Source: Camelus dromedarius (Eukaryota). From it: a DNA stretch of 64,000 nt. This document shows, one piece after another, positions 63,958 through 64,000 of the stretch. The notes beneath the pieces were generated by a model. That model was not told the origin of the DNA, did no database searches, and saw only the letters and a list, made by a program, of their open reading frames with translations. The stretch lies in contig NC_087436.1 in the NCBI RefSeq assembly GCF_036321535.1, forward strand, positions 23,872,001 to 23,936,000, in the 5' to 3' direction. How positions within the stretch are numbered: position 1 is the first letter of the stretch; each line of letters opens with the position of its first letter. Made by a program: the position numbers and the translations under genes.

Positions 63958-64000
63958 TCTTTTTTTCCCCCAGCTTTACTGAGATATAATTGACAGATAA
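63958..64000 (-). mobile_element. start of an L1 3' end running off the window
   Basis: T-tract then CAGCTTTACTGAGATATAATTGACA. Confidence 0.7.

Noticed and set aside
1..64000. Naming the host gene (FGF1, PRICKLE2 and similar multi-promoter loci considered)
   Set aside because: No coding exon or remembered UTR sequence matches, so any symbol would be a guess.

Overview
Mammalian non-coding DNA, very probably camelid (camel/llama/alpaca), judged from six copies of a tRNA-Ala-type SINE matching the camelid Vic-1 family and no recognisable Alu, B1, Bov-tA or PRE-1. I see no credible protein-coding ORF, genuine tRNA/rRNA gene or CRISPR array; the ORF track is background. The window looks like intron or 5' flank of a large gene. 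It is filled with ancient repeats (MIR, L2, L3/CR1, L1M, HAL1, MLT1/MLT2/ERV1 solo LTRs, MER DNA transposons) interrupted by repeat-poor, regulatory-looking islands. The most interesting signal is a series of promoter/first-exon-like modules (about 1.4, 20.4, 23.2, 27.7, 30.0-30.9 and 46.2 kb), each with a good minus-strand splice donor, suggesting alternative non-coding first exons of a gene whose coding part lies left of the window. LTR/L1 orientation and two microexon-like segments hint at overlapping plus-strand transcription. I cannot name the gene. Repeat family names come from my recall of consensus sequences, not from a database search, and old-repeat boundaries are approximate. I found no firm evidence of a novel biological system.
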